The notes below the pieces were generated by a model, which had not been told where the DNA came from, ran no database searches, and saw only the letters and a list, made by a program, of their open reading frames with translations. The translations under genes and the position numbers were made by a program. DNA of 63,274 bases, filler included, from Octopus bimaculoides (lineage: Eukaryota): the NCBI RefSeq assembly GCF_001194135.2. It is 5 parts of 5 records of this genome, joined end to end, with 100 filler letters (N's around TTAATTAATTAA, not from the genome) between each part and the next. Parts side by side here need not be neighbours in the genome. Positions count along the whole stretch, not along the records: positions 23,390 to 50,398 come from NC_068997.1; positions 50,499 to 54,795 come from NC_068981.1; positions 54,896 to 59,910 come from NC_068991.1; positions 60,011 to 63,274 come from NC_068985.1; 1 more part is not named here. One strand, written 5' to 3'. Of the stretch, positions 50,294-63,274 are shown in pieces. The number at the start of each line of letters is the position of its first letter. Position 1 is the stretch's first letter.

Positions 50294-51297
50294 TAATAAT
50301 AATAATAATAATTCAAAAATAACCCCAAAATTTTCTACAGGAAGATAGTGAAAACACCAGTAAAAATAAAGTCTGTCCCATCAAAAGAAGAAGTGCAGNN
50401 NNNNNNNNNNNNNNNNNNNNNNNNNNNNNNNNNNNNNNNNNNTTAATTAATTAANNNNNNNNNNNNNNNNNNNNNNNNNNNNNNNNNNNNNNNNNNNNAG
50501 TGTGGGTTAGGCTGAGGGTGGGGTAGAGGTAGGGGTCTGTGGGTAGGGTGGGGTATGTGGGTAGGGGTGGGTGGTGGGTGTAAGGAATTGGATGGGGTGG
50601 AGTGGGAAGGTAGAGTAGGAGTGTGTTGGGGTGTGGAATTTGGACATGGCTATGTAGTTAAAAAGTTCGCTTCTGAAGTATGTGTTTTCGGGTTCAGTCC
50701 CATAGAGCGGCACGTTGAGAAAATGTCTTTTACTACAGCCCTGACCCGACCCAATATTCTAAGAGTGGATTTTAGAGACAGAAACTAAATAATCCTACCA
50801 TATATGTAAGGGAGGGGGAGCAATCATTAAGACAACACAAGAGAAAAGGAGTTTGACAAATAAGGTCGTTAAAGCTTAACGATTTAATGGAGAGAGAAAG
50901 TGTTTTAATATTTCAGACGCTAGTCTTCCATCAGAAGAAAGAAAACATAAAGGAGGGAAGAAAAAAATCGAAAAGAAAAAAACCAAAAAGCTGACGGAAA
51001 TGCTGTACTATGGTGTGGAATATAAGAAGGCAAAAAGACCAAGTATACGAGTGCATCCGTGTCTGAAAGGAGGCATAAGAAGTGAGAAGTTTTTGCGTGG
51101 TGTATATATGCGTGTATAAATAGGGAAAAAGTAAGGAAGTATAGTGGTGTTGGTTTGTGGGGGTGGGGTGTGAGTGTTGGTATGTTTATGTAATTGCTTG
51201 GTGGATTGTGTGAAAGCGTGTGAAGTAAGAGCATGTGCGTGTGTGAGAAAATAAAGATATTTGTCAAGCAAATTAGAAGGAAAAATCGTTAGAGATA

Positions 51298-51449
51298 GGC
51301 GTAGCTGTGTGGTAAGAAGCTTGGTTCCCAGCCACTTGGTTCCAAGTTCAGTCCCACTGCGTAGCACCTTGGGAAAGTGTCTTCCGCTATAGCCTCGAGC
51401 CGACCAAAGCCTTGAGTGAATTTTGTAGATGTAAACAGAAAAGCCCGCC
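51298..51449 (+). mobile_element. SINE family B (ggcgtagctgtgtggtaagaagc head)
   Basis: tRNA-like A-box-like head and GTTCAGTCC B-box-like motif; homologous to 18784-18950. Confidence 0.85.
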
Positions 51450-52821
51450 ATATATATATATATATATATATATATANNNNNNNNNNNNNNNNNNNNNNNN
51501 NNNNNNNNNNNNNNNNNNNNNNNNNNNNNNNNNNNNNNNNNNNNNNNNNNNNNNNNNNNNNNNNNNNNNNNNNNNNNNNNNNNNNNNNNNNNNNNNNNNN
51601 NNNNNNNNNNNNNNNNNNNNNNNNNNNNNNNNNNNNNNNNNNNNNNNNNNNNNNNNNNNNNNNNNNNNNNNNNNNNNNNNNNNNNNNNNNNNNNNNNNNN
51701 NNNNNNNNNNNNNNNNNNNNNNNNNNNNNNNNNNNNNNNNNNNNNNNNNNNNNNNNNNNNNNNNNNNNNNNNNNNNNNNNNNNNNNNNNNNNNNNNNNNN
51801 NNNNNNNNNNNNNNNNNNNNNNNNNNNNNNNNNNNNNNNNNNNNNNNNNNNNNNNNNNNNNNNNNNNNNNNNNNNNNNNNNNNNNNNNNNNNNNNNNNNN
51901 NNNNNNNNNNNNNNNNNNNNNNNNNNNNNNNNNNNNNNNNNNNNNNNNNNNNNNNNNNNNNNNNNNNNNNNNNNNNNNNNNNNNNNNNNNNNNNNNNNNN
52001 NNNNNNNNNNNNNNNNNNNNNNNNNNNNNNNNNNNNNNNNNNNNNNNNNNNNNNNNNNNNNNNNNNNNNNNNNNNNNNNNNNNNNNNNNNNNNNNNNNNN
52101 NNNNNNNNNNNNNNNNNNNNNNNNNNNNNNNNNNNNNNNNNNNNNNNNNNNNNNNNNNNNNNNATAAGTAAAGGTGTAAAAATCTTTGTAAAAGACTAAA
52201 ATTTATAAATGTAGAAGAGAGGAAATGTATGAATCTTGTGAAGAGAGGAAAACTCAAAGATGGTTAAAATTACTCGGTAATAGCAGGAGATCGCGAGAGT
52301 TTGGTAGTGAGAGATGATGGTAGTAAAAAAATTGGAAAGATCCACAAAGAAGATAGTTGTCAGGAGACTGAAATAAAATCCACGGAAAAGAGATTACTAG
52401 ACTTGATGCACGTGGTCTAAAAAACAAATCATGGTGAAGAGAGAAGTTGCCTTCTTGAGAGAAGCACGAAGTAAAACTCTCAGGACAAGATACAAACAAG
52501 ATAACCATAGCATATCATTAGCTGTTGACTGAAGGTCAAGGCAAATTCGGTGCATAAACAACAGAGCTGCTCTCTCGTTTTAATGTGCTTGGGATGACGT
52601 CTAAGAGAAGACGACGACAAATATAGACAAATAAATGAAAGATTAGACGAAAAACTAGCGTGTACGACTAAAACAAACAGAACACGGGATACCGTGACGA
52701 AGAATATTAAATAGTGAATTATTTCGACTAAAGAAAACACCAAAAACAAAATGGAGGTGGTTGTACGAAGTGTAACGTTAAGAGAAAATGAGAGTATGTA
52801 GCTGGACGTTAGCTCTTAAAG

Positions 52822-52876
<55 letters not shown>

Positions 52877-53787
52877 GAGAGCGAAGTGACCAGTAGCACA
52901 TCCGAATTGAAACACTAGCAAACAGTACGATTAGAACCACAGGAAGACAGAAAGGCATTGTGGGAAGATTAGATTCGCACAAGGAAGGGGAGGAGAGAGA
53001 ACAGACGTAAGCGAGAAAGGAAGATGAGAAAGAGAACGCGAGACGGAAAGAAGAAGAGAAAGACGAAAGGAGTGAAGGCAATGGTCGCTAACAGACAGAC
53101 AATAAATGTGCACGAAACCTTTTTGTAGCGTTGCCTTCAAAACAAGAAAAATTAAATACGGACCACAAGTGAAGTGCGCAGGACAAGGTAAAACAAGATA
53201 ACCACACCGTTTCATCAGTTGACGAAATGAAAGATGAATAGGGAAACAGTAACATAGACGTAACATAAATGAAGAAAGTATAAATATGGAGCAAAAGTGT
53301 AAAAATGGATAATTGAAAATGAGTAATTTTAAATATCAACAAAGGGAAAACGTTTAATTTAAGCATTTTCAAAGTAGTTAGGTTGAGAGGGTGTTCGTAA
53401 GGTAGCAATAAAATGAATAAGCATACCTAGGTTTTGTTCGAGAAATAGTCTCGTACGAGATATATATCTCACTGACTATTGAAACAGTTAGTTGCGAGGG
53501 ACGGTTTATGGATTTCGAAAGCGGTTATGGGGAGAGAGGGAAATATTACATTCGAATGATGATTCAAATGAAAGCGGGATAATATTTCAAAAGATTAAGA
53601 GCTGCAGAGATGCGAACAGCTCGAGTTGAATTCATGCGCACTTACAGAAAAGAGTGTTCTCTGGCACTTTCGTAGGAGATCGTAAGAATAAATGTCCGTA
53701 TATGAAGATTTATAGTACATTTTACAAAGCATTTTAGGAATTGTACTGTCAACTTTTGTTATAGTATTATATAGTTAGAATCTGTTA

Positions 53788-54752
53788 GCACTCCGTCGCT
53801 TACGACGTCGAGGGTTCCAGTTGATCCGATCAATGGAACAGCCTGCTCGTGAAATTAACATGCAAGTGGCTGAGCACTCCACAGACACGTGTACCCTTAA
53901 CGTAGTTCTCGGGGATATTCAGCGTGACACAGTGTGACAAGGCTGACCCTTTGAATTACAGGCACAACAGAAACAGAAAGTAAGAGTGAGAGAAGGTTGT
54001 GGTGGAAGAGTACAGCAGGATTCGCCACCATCCCCTGCCGGAGCCTCGTGGATCTTTAGGTGTTTTCGCTCAATAAACACTCACAACGCTCGGTCTGGGA
54101 ATCGAAACCGCGATCCTATGACCGCGAGTCCGCTGCCCTAATCACTGGGCCATTGCGCCTCCATTATTATATAGTTAATACATATGCTGATCTGCTAATC
54201 TCAATCATGTTATTTTGTATCACGTGAAAATTGTAGAAAATTGAACAAGAATACAGCATTCTATTTCTTTTATCAGACACTAACGAAGCAATGCTCTTGC
54301 GACAACGTATATAGAGTAATCATATCTCTACTGCTCAGACACTAAAGATGTCGGTTGAAACTTAGCTACTTTATTCGAAGGAAAACGAAAATCTATATTC
54401 ATTGTAATATTAATAAAAACATGTATATAATAACTGGCACTCCGTCGGATACGACGAATAGGGTTCGCGTTGATCTGAACAACGGAACGGCCTGGCGTGA
54501 AATTAACGTGCAGGTACCTGAGCACTTCACAAACACGTGTACCCTTGGCGTAGTTCTCGGGGAGATTCAGCGTGACACAGAGTGTGACAAAGCTGGCTCT
54601 TTGAAATACAGGTACTACTCATTTTTGTCAGCTGAGTGCACTGGAGCAACGTGAAATAAAGTGTCTTGCTCAAGGATGCAACGTGTCGCCGGCAACTGAA
54701 CTCATGATCGTCGATCGTAAGCCGAATACACTAACCACTAAGCCACCCGCAT
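53788..54752 (+). mobile_element. Two tandem family D SINE copies (53788-54162, 54436-54752)
   Basis: Shared gcactccgtcg...gaaattaacgtgca...gacacagagtgtgacaa; different 3' halves. Confidence 0.85.
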
Positions 54753-54755
54753 TCA

Positions 54756-54795
<40 letters not shown>

Positions 54796-54895
54796 NNNNN
54801 NNNNNNNNNNNNNNNNNNNNNNNNNNNNNNNNNNNNNNNTTAATTAATTAANNNNNNNNNNNNNNNNNNNNNNNNNNNNNNNNNNNNNNNNNNNN

Positions 54896-54995
<100 letters not shown>

Positions 54996-55235
54996 TATAT
55001 ATATTTTTATGTCTATATATGTGTGTGTGTACACACACACCTTTATTTCCCGTAACATTCTGCATTTATCCAAGGTAGTTTATTATGTATTTGTGAGTTA
55101 CTGCGTTATTGAACGTTATGTGGGAGAAACCTATCTATCTACATCAAAACCCGAACAACACTAATAACTACAACAACAATAATAATAATCATAATAACCA
55201 TAATAATAATACTAATAACAATAATAATAATAATG

Positions 55236-55266
<31 letters not shown>

Positions 55267-55342
55267 TAATAATCCATTTGTGTAATCATATGTGAAGTAT
55301 AACCAAACCCTTGTCTTCTACCTCTAAGTATATTTTGTACTT

Positions 55343-55425
55343 TATAGTACCTGCTTTACTATATAGTACCTACTTTGCCATATAGTACGCTGCTGTACTA
55401 CATAGTACCTCTTGTACTATAATGT
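55343..55425 (+). repeat. Degenerate ~19-bp minisatellite (TATAGTACCTGCTTTACTA-like) x4
   Basis: Recurrent ATAGTAC core at 19-bp spacing. Confidence 0.8.
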
Positions 55426-56724
55426 AACGAGTTCTTAAAGTCATACATTTGACCTAAACAACCCCAGTACACTTTTTATTGTCTTTCCATGTGACATACT
55501 TTCTTTTCCTCCAGATTTTGGAATTTTTCTGTTTTTTTTTTCTTTTTTTAAATATTTTGTATTCCTATTATGTCACCATATCTTGATTCCAAGTAAAAAT
55601 ATATATTTCCGTCTTTAAATGATGGCATCATGAAAATTGGTAAACTTAGGTGAAGATATTCCTTGCTTGCTGTGTTGATGAGCGACTTGACTGTTATAAG
55701 TATCTCTCATTTTTTTTTTGTTTTTTTTACAATTATTTGTGTTAGCCAGTGGAGTCAATCTATGACTCTTTCTAGGGTTTCAGATATTCGTGAGAGGAAG
55801 AGAAGAAGCTTTCCTCAAACAAAGGACTTGATCCAAATGCTTGCACTAACAAGAATTTCACTGAAAGTGTCCACTGGTCAGTCAATCCTGCTAAACCAGA
55901 CTCCATATTAAGTCTATTACCTGTTGCGTAGATGTGTGTGTGTGTGACAGTTTCTTTCTAGGTTTGTATCACAATTCTTTATAAATCCCTTTTGTAACAT
56001 GTAACTCTTGGAGTCCTTGTGTGTTTGCACCGGAATCTTCCTCTCAAGTTGCATCCTTTTCCTTTAACATCATTTGCCGTGTTATACACTTTCTTAAGTT
56101 TTATGTGACACGTATGACTCTTCATTAAATTTTAGTCACAAGCTTTCTCGTGTTACACCTGTCACATATAAACTATTGTGTCTGTGTGTCTGCGTTTGCA
56201 AGCTGACTAAGGAATTCTCGTATCACCTACTGTGATACTGGTCATGTTGCCATTGTAACTTGCGAGTGACATCAATTTTAACTGTCATATATGTGTTGTA
56301 TTGCTGGGTGTGACATAAACGTGTCACACATCAATTTTTTTTTTATGCTATAAGTGACATTTTTCCAAATTTTCATGCTGAAATCTCTTCATTTGGTTTT
56401 ATATTTGAAAATATATGGACAAAAAAAAAAGAAAAAAATTCCCTGACAAAAAAATACAAGAGAAATTCTTGAATGTTTTTTATTTTTTTTGTTCTTGTTT
56501 TGTTTTCTTGTATGTTTTCTGCAGAAAAATTGACACCCCACCCCTAAAACAAAATGATACTTAAAAAAACAAAAAACAAGAAACAAAAGTTAGTGTGTTT
56601 AATGGTGGAATTTGTAAGGGTACAAGTGTATGTATGCATGTATAGATGTATGTATGTATGAATGCATGTATGTGTGTATGTGTGTATGTTCATATGTATG
56701 TGTGTGTTTATGCATGTATGTATC

Positions 56725-56755
<31 letters not shown>

Positions 56756-59334
56756 CACATACATAAAACAAATGCAATATGTATATATACATGTATGCAC
56801 GTATGTATATATATATCGATATATATATGTATATGCATACATATATATACACACACACATACATATATACGTCTATATATGCATGTATATATATATATAT
56901 ATATATATATATTACATATATGTGTGTATGTATTTGCATTTAAAGACTTGAATATGCATGTATATATATATGGATGTATATACAAATATTTACATGCATA
57001 TATGTGCAAACACATACAGTATATACACATACCTACTTATTATACCCTTTCAAAAACGTTTTTTTTTCTTATTGTGTTTTATATATAATAATATATTTTG
57101 GATTTTTTTTTCCATGTACAAAAAGGTTTATATTTCTATAAAACAAAAACAACTACAAAAATATTACATGAAGACAAAAAAAACAAACTAACAAAAAAAA
57201 AAAAAAAAAAAATTAAATCTTCAGCAGACAGTAATCACAACAGCTACAATAACAAAACCAATTGATAAAAAAAAAAATTGATGATAATAATTCCATAACT
57301 AAAAAAAATTTAAATGGAAAATAATACCTGACAAAAAATGTTATGAAAAAAAGAATTTTGAAATTTTCTGACAAAATTTTCTTTCCTAGAATTTGTTTCC
57401 TGCTTTTTTTTTTTTAAATTTATCAGATAATTTCTTAAATCACTTTCAAATTTTTTCATATAATTGCCTGTTTAAATTTAATTTAATTTTCTTAATTGAT
57501 TTTTTTAAAAAACTTACAGCATTAAAAAAATTTTTTGCTTTTTTCTTATATATTTGAAATTTCTCTATTAATTCTATATTTAATAATTTTGAAAAAAATA
57601 TAGAAGAAAATGGAAATGATTTTGTTTCTTTTTTTAAATTAACTGTTTGTTACATTTTTTTGTTTTTAAATTTAAATTTTAAAAAATAACAGTTTTTAAG
57701 TTAATGAAAAACAACAAAATACTACTTTTTTGTGGGACTGTGGGACTTTTCTTCAATATATATATTTATTAAATTTCAAACATTTTTGTTTATATTTCTT
57801 GAAAAACATGAAATAATTTTTTTTTTTTTATAGTTATTCCCAACCTAATAAAGATTAAAGAAACACAGCACCAGACTAGATCTCTTACAGTGTTTTACCC
57901 TCTGATACTACATTCTCTAGTTTCATGCGTTTTTAAACAACAGTTTATTATTGGTTAACAGATATCTCTGATTGGTTGAAATTATAACCAAAGTCACCAG
58001 CTCCTCTTCAGAATCAATGGTTTGGGTATCTCTGGCAGATGAGGCATATCAAAATGCTGATGTCTTACAATCCCTTGTACTAATAAGTCAAATGTTTTAT
58101 TAACACACTGCTATTGTAATAAGAAGCAGTTTTTCTGTGACGTATACAACAGCAATTAGTGTATTTGTATTTGAATCAGCCAAAACGTATTGAGAGTAAA
58201 TATGCAAATTACCACTTCAGACTTGCTGTTCACAGAGCAAATAGCAAGGAATTCTTTAGTGATATTTATCATCCTTTGAAAGTTGCTAGAATAAGTACCA
58301 GATCTATGAGAAGCCAAATTCTACACAATGAAATAAGTAGAATGTCTTCTGAAGATTGGGGAGTTATTCAAGCTATAGATAAGTGCCCTATCCTTGAAGT
58401 TGGAGGAAGCTTTGTCTCCCATTTAAAGGATCAACGAGAACCCAAATTCACATTATGTGCTATAAATGTGCTAAGATGATAGGGTTAGCTTCTAACTAAC
58501 AAATTTAAGTTTCAATCCCTGTCTTCGAAATTGCACTGTGTCTCTGGCCAAGATGCTTATATGGCTAATTAACATGTATGGCTATGTCTCAGTCTACTTA
58601 GACGTAAATGTGTTCCATGAAGTGGGTATAATACACAGGTGTTCAAACTGAGCATAGACCTGTATCAACATCACCAGTATCAGAGGGATGGTGAAGATCA
58701 TGTGCATATCCCCACCTCTTAACTAAGCCATAACAAAAAAGACAAAAACAAAAATCCTACAACTATTTAGCAGTGGGAGCATTGTAAAAGTTCCATGTGT
58801 TTTGCTGGTTCAGAATGCTGAGTTCAACTTCTCCTGCTGGTATATCACTTAGAGAAGCATGCATTCCACCCCAATAACTTGCCAAACCCAGTAGAAGGGT
58901 GGAGTCGTGCAATAGTACAGTGGTGCCTCTAAAAAGCCCATAATGTTATAATGGCACTAAAACAAAAATAAAAAAATCATACTCTGTCGCTCAATCCCAC
59001 AATTACTCATTAATTCACGCACATTGTAAGAAATAACTTTTTCTTTGTTTTTTTTAATATATATTTTCCTTCTTTTTCTTTTAACTTTTTCTTTGATTCT
59101 TTTATATATTATTTTTTTCTTGTTTCTTATAAGCAAAACTGAAAAAAACAAAAAACAAAAAAATAAAAAAAAATTTTTTCGCAAATTTTTTTTTTTACCT
59201 TCTGTCCTCTCCTTTAAACATGAGGGAAAAGCCAAAAAAAAATACAGGTAAAACAACTGCAAAAGCTTATAACAACAACAACAACAAGAATGATATTAAT
59301 GAAACTAATAACAATAATAATAATATATTAATAA

Positions 59335-59600
59335 CCATAAAACTAATGGAGTAATCACAAAACTATTGGAGTAACCTACATTATAAAAGAATAACTGTAA
59401 AACTAATGAGATAACCTCAAATATAATGGAATGATTTCGCTACTAAATGAATAACTGTAATCAAAAAGAAATGATTTAAAATGTAAAGGATTAACTTCAA
59501 AATTAACAGAATGATCTTAAACTGAAAGAATGATATCAGAAGTAAAAGAATAACTACAAACCTGTCAAAATAACTTTGAAAATACAAGAATAACAGCAAA
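59335..59600 (+). repeat. Old degenerate ~20-bp tandem array (AAAACTAATGGAATAACTGT-like)
   Basis: Recurrent AACTAATG, GAATAACT and GAATGAT cores at about 20-bp period. Confidence 0.6.
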
Positions 59601-60606
59601 ATTAATGAAATAATTTAAAAGATTTTTTGGCGGGAGAGGACAGAAGTTACCAAAGTTTTCACATGATCTCAATGAAATAATATATATACATGTAAGATAT
59701 ATATATATATTAAAAACCTTACAGTGCAAAATTACATATGGACACATCATACATATACATACATTCTTGCATATATGTGTGTATATATATATATATATAT
59801 AGATAGATACATAGGAATGGGTATGTACAATGGTAATATGTAAAAAAATGTATCTGTAAGTACATGTTACGAGTTTTGAAATACATGTTTACAATATGTA
59901 TAAAGTTATTNNNNNNNNNNNNNNNNNNNNNNNNNNNNNNNNNNNNNNNNNNNNTTAATTAATTAANNNNNNNNNNNNNNNNNNNNNNNNNNNNNNNNNN
60001 NNNNNNNNNNAATGCATATAAAAATATACACACACACAGCACAGCACAACAATACGCGCACACAGAATTTAAACACACACACAGAAACAAACATTGTTGG
60101 GTGGACGTTACTACACAGTAGTTCTTACGTCCTTTCGACGAGTCTTATTTTTCATCCCGCAGGATGCCAGCAATCACCCTCCTCACCAAGCGAGCTTGGT
60201 GGGGTTGCCAGTTTAGTCGCCGACGACCCGACCATGAGACAGGTTGTACTGGATTACATGTTACCAGTAGCGCTCAGGAATACTTATAAGAGCGACCTGA
60301 CATAAATATATACATATATATACACATATACATATATAAATATATGTATGTATGTATGTATATCTATGTGTGTGTATCTATGTGTGTGTATCTATTTGTG
60401 TTTGTGTGTGTGTGTATGTGTGTGTGTATGCACATGAGAAATACTTGAACTGTAGAGAAATGATTAACGACTTAACTGTCTGTAACTGAAAGATCAATGT
60501 CTGCTCATAAACAACTCGACGTTTGAGGTTTTAATTATACGCCAATTGTAGTAGTATTGTCTGTTAGACTGGATATATACTCTCGCGTATGCGCGCACTC
60601 ACATCT

Positions 60607-60644
<38 letters not shown>

Positions 60645-62449
60645 GTGGCAGAAAAGTCGCCCATATTTTACACGACCATTAGTGAGACGCTTATAAAGTT
60701 AGGCAAATAGCAATGTTTCCATGTTGCAAATGTTTTGTTGTCTATTAAAGTTATCATCATGGCAGGAACCAATATACGCCGTCCGTTTGCTGTTGAAAAT
60801 GCTTATCAAAAAAGGGTGAGTGTGAGGTTTCTTTGCCGCACACTGTCTATTGCACGTGATGTTGAACATAGTATATACCAAAGTATACAACACTACAATA
60901 AACTATATCATACTGTACTTCACTCTACCATGCTATACTAACTTCCGCTAAGATTAACTTACAGTATTTTATTTTATTTTATGCGCCCTTTTAAAGCCTA
61001 GCCAAACTCATGGACCCGGTTTCCCAGTTTCTATGGCATATGTGTTCCCCCTAGCTGGACGGGATGTCAGTCCATCGCAGCGTTACTCAAGAAACAGGAA
61101 GAAAGAGTGAGAGAAAGTTGGGGCGAAAGAGTACAACAGGGGTCGCCACCACCCGCTGCCGGAGCTTCGTGGAACTTTAGGTGTTTTCGCTCAATAAACA
61201 CACACAACGCCCGGTTTGGGAATCGAAGCCACGATCCTCCTACCGCGAGTCCGCTGCTCTAACCACTGGGCCATTGCGCCTCCACCAACTTACAGTATAC
61301 ATAAATACAAATACACAATACACTATTTCTCACTATACCATTTACTTAACTACATTTTGCTACCCTTCAGTATAGCTATTTATACAACATCATTACAAGG
61401 AATAAATCCAACGATAGGAAAGAAAGGCTCGACAAAATTAACCTCGTCCTCTACCAAACATTGCCATGCAGTCAATGCCATCGACTATTCTATGCAAGAA
61501 TTGTACTTAGTCATCAACGGCATCGCCATAAAGGAAGCGTTCAGCAAAGAAGAAAATAAATACTCGGATACGAGATAAAGCCGACGACGACGACGACAAG
61601 CTATTTATGCTACAATACATTAGACACCAAACTAAACTCTGTATTATACTACATTCAACACTAAGCTAAGCCCTGCTGCACAGTCTACTATACAACCTTA
61701 TATTATATCATAATACTCTGTTTAGGGGTCGATAAATTAAGTACCAGTTACGCACCGGGGTCGATGTAATCGACTTAATACCTTTGTCTGCCCTTTGTGG
61801 GCAATAAAGAAATAAGAATCGTTAGCGGTATTTCGATTGTCGTTACGTTCTGACTTCGAATTCCGCCGAGGTTGACTTTGCCTTTCATCCTTTCGAGATC
61901 GATTAAATAAGTACCAGTTACGCACTGGGATCGATGTAATCGTCTTAATCCCTTTGTCTGTCCTCTATGTTTAGCCCCCTGTGGGCAATAAAGAAATATA
62001 TATCATAATACTCTGTATCATGCTGTAATAGTGAAGGTGCATGGCTTAATGGTTAGGAGTATTCGAATCGCGTTTGTAAAATCATAGGTTCGATTCCAGG
62101 CGGCGCGTTGTGTTTTTAAGCATTTATTTTGTCGTTACTCCAGTCTCTCGGATATCAAAAATTAGATGCACCTGTAATTCAAAGGGCCGGCTTTGTCACA
62201 TTCTGTGCCACGCTGTCTGTGGAGTGCTCAGTCACTTACATGTTGCTTTCACAAACACTGGAACACTTGCCGTCGTAACCAACAGAATGTGCAGCATATA
62301 TACCATGCTATACAACTCTATACTATATTACACCTCATTATTTGTTAATGTATGTGTACGTCTCGTGGACGTGAAAACACAGACATCTTAAGAAGCAAAA
62401 TGAAAAATAAAGATGTCTTCTTTATTACATAGAGAACTAAATCCCCATT

Positions 62450-62742
62450 TAAGAGACGAGGAATTATGTACATTATTTACATTATTTACATTTGACGGGC
62501 ATATGGCATAGTGGTTAAGAGCGCGGGCTACTAACCTCAAGATTCTGAGTTCGATTCCAAGCAGTGACCTGAATAATAATAATAATAATAATAATAACCA
62601 CAACAACAACAACATCGAAAAATACCTTAGGAATGAGAACCCAGGTTCAAAATTTCCCCAAGGCACCTGATGAAGGCTGGAGAGCATATCAACAAACAAG
62701 ATGAAGACAAATATCCGTCAAATGTAAATAATGTACATAATG
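62450..62742 (+). mobile_element. Composite SINE: inverted tail copy + tRNA-derived Pol III head + (AAT)n(AAC)n + hammerhead-bearing body, with 12-bp TSD
   Basis: TSD TAAATCCCCATT at 62438-62449 and 62743-62754; A box TGGCATAGTGG 62504-62514; B box GTTCGATTCC 62549-62558; CTGATGA at 62667-62673 with the 3' half of the ribozyme deleted; inverted repeat 62463-62498 / 62715-62741. Confidence 0.85.
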
Positions 62743-63018
62743 TAAATCCCCATTGGTAAATTGAACAGCGCAACCGGAACTGACCCTAATCCTAATCCAT
62801 CGCTGCGTTTCTTCGTCGGATATTGGAAACGCATTATCATTAGCCGACCATCAAAGGAACCAGCTCCGTTCACAGTGAAGAGAATTTGAGCACAGAAGCA
62901 AAGAACCAAAACTAAAACAACATGTATCCCAATCTAACGCTCAACCAATTCTGTTAAACTGTCACCCGCTAGATTGATTTAACCCCTAGGTTAAACACAA
63001 ACACACACACACACAAAA

Positions 63019-63252
63019 GGCGGCGAGCTGGCAGAAACGTTAGCACACCGGGCGAAATGCTTAGCCGTATTTCGTCTGCCGCTACGTTCTGAGTTTAAAT
63101 TCCGCCGAGGTCGACTTTGCCTTTCATCCTTTCGGGGTCGATTAAATAAGTACCAATTACGCACTGGGGTCGATATAATCGACTTAATCCGTGTTTGTCT
63201 GTCCTTGTTTGTCCCCTCTGTGTGTAGCCCCTTGTGGGTAGTAAAGAAATAA
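63019..63252 (+). mobile_element. Apparently full-length SINE family A inserted in a (CA)n tract
   Basis: Head-to-tail homology with 15044-15260 and 31293-31523; (CA)n on both sides. Confidence 0.9.
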
Positions 63253-63274
63253 CACACACACACACACACACACA

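Noticed and set aside
55663-55911. ORF with a hydrophobic stretch then RERKRR as the transmembrane exon
   Set aside because: The hydrophobic part derives from poly-T runs and there is no good phase-1 acceptor upstream of it.
62497-62572. Functional tRNA gene
   Set aside because: A/B boxes are present but there is no proper acceptor stem; it is followed by a SINE linker/body inside a TSD.

Overview
AT-rich, microsatellite- and gap-riddled animal genomic scaffold. The SINE/LINE repertoire looks like a coleoid cephalopod (Octopus-like); this is inference from repeat recall, not a database hit. Most computed ORFs are microsatellite or N-gap artefacts. Supported host coding signal: three symmetric phase-1 exons on + (34994-35155, 40838-41002, 45239-45364) that splice into a divergent CUB-like domain followed by a canonical LDLa module, plus one orphan phase-1 exon candidate on - (20693-20833). 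The rest is nested mobile DNA: tRNA-type SINEs, RTE- and R4/Dong-like LINE relics, a Tc1 element with TIRs and TA TSD, mariner and Tigger/pogo relics, a mariner MITE, a Penelope-type GIY-YIG fragment and a solo ORF1-like zinc-knuckle gene. The most notable hidden layer is four sequence-unrelated minimal type-I hammerhead ribozyme motifs (96-140 +, 11161-11195 -, 36699-36743 +, 46227-46272 -). A related composite insertion (inverted copy of its own tail + tRNA Pol III head + hammerhead-bearing body) is bounded by a perfect 12-bp TSD (62438-62754), suggesting a ribozyme-carrying SINE mobilised by Penelope-like machinery. Four 44N-TTAATTAATTAA-44N cassettes are artificial scaffold spacers.
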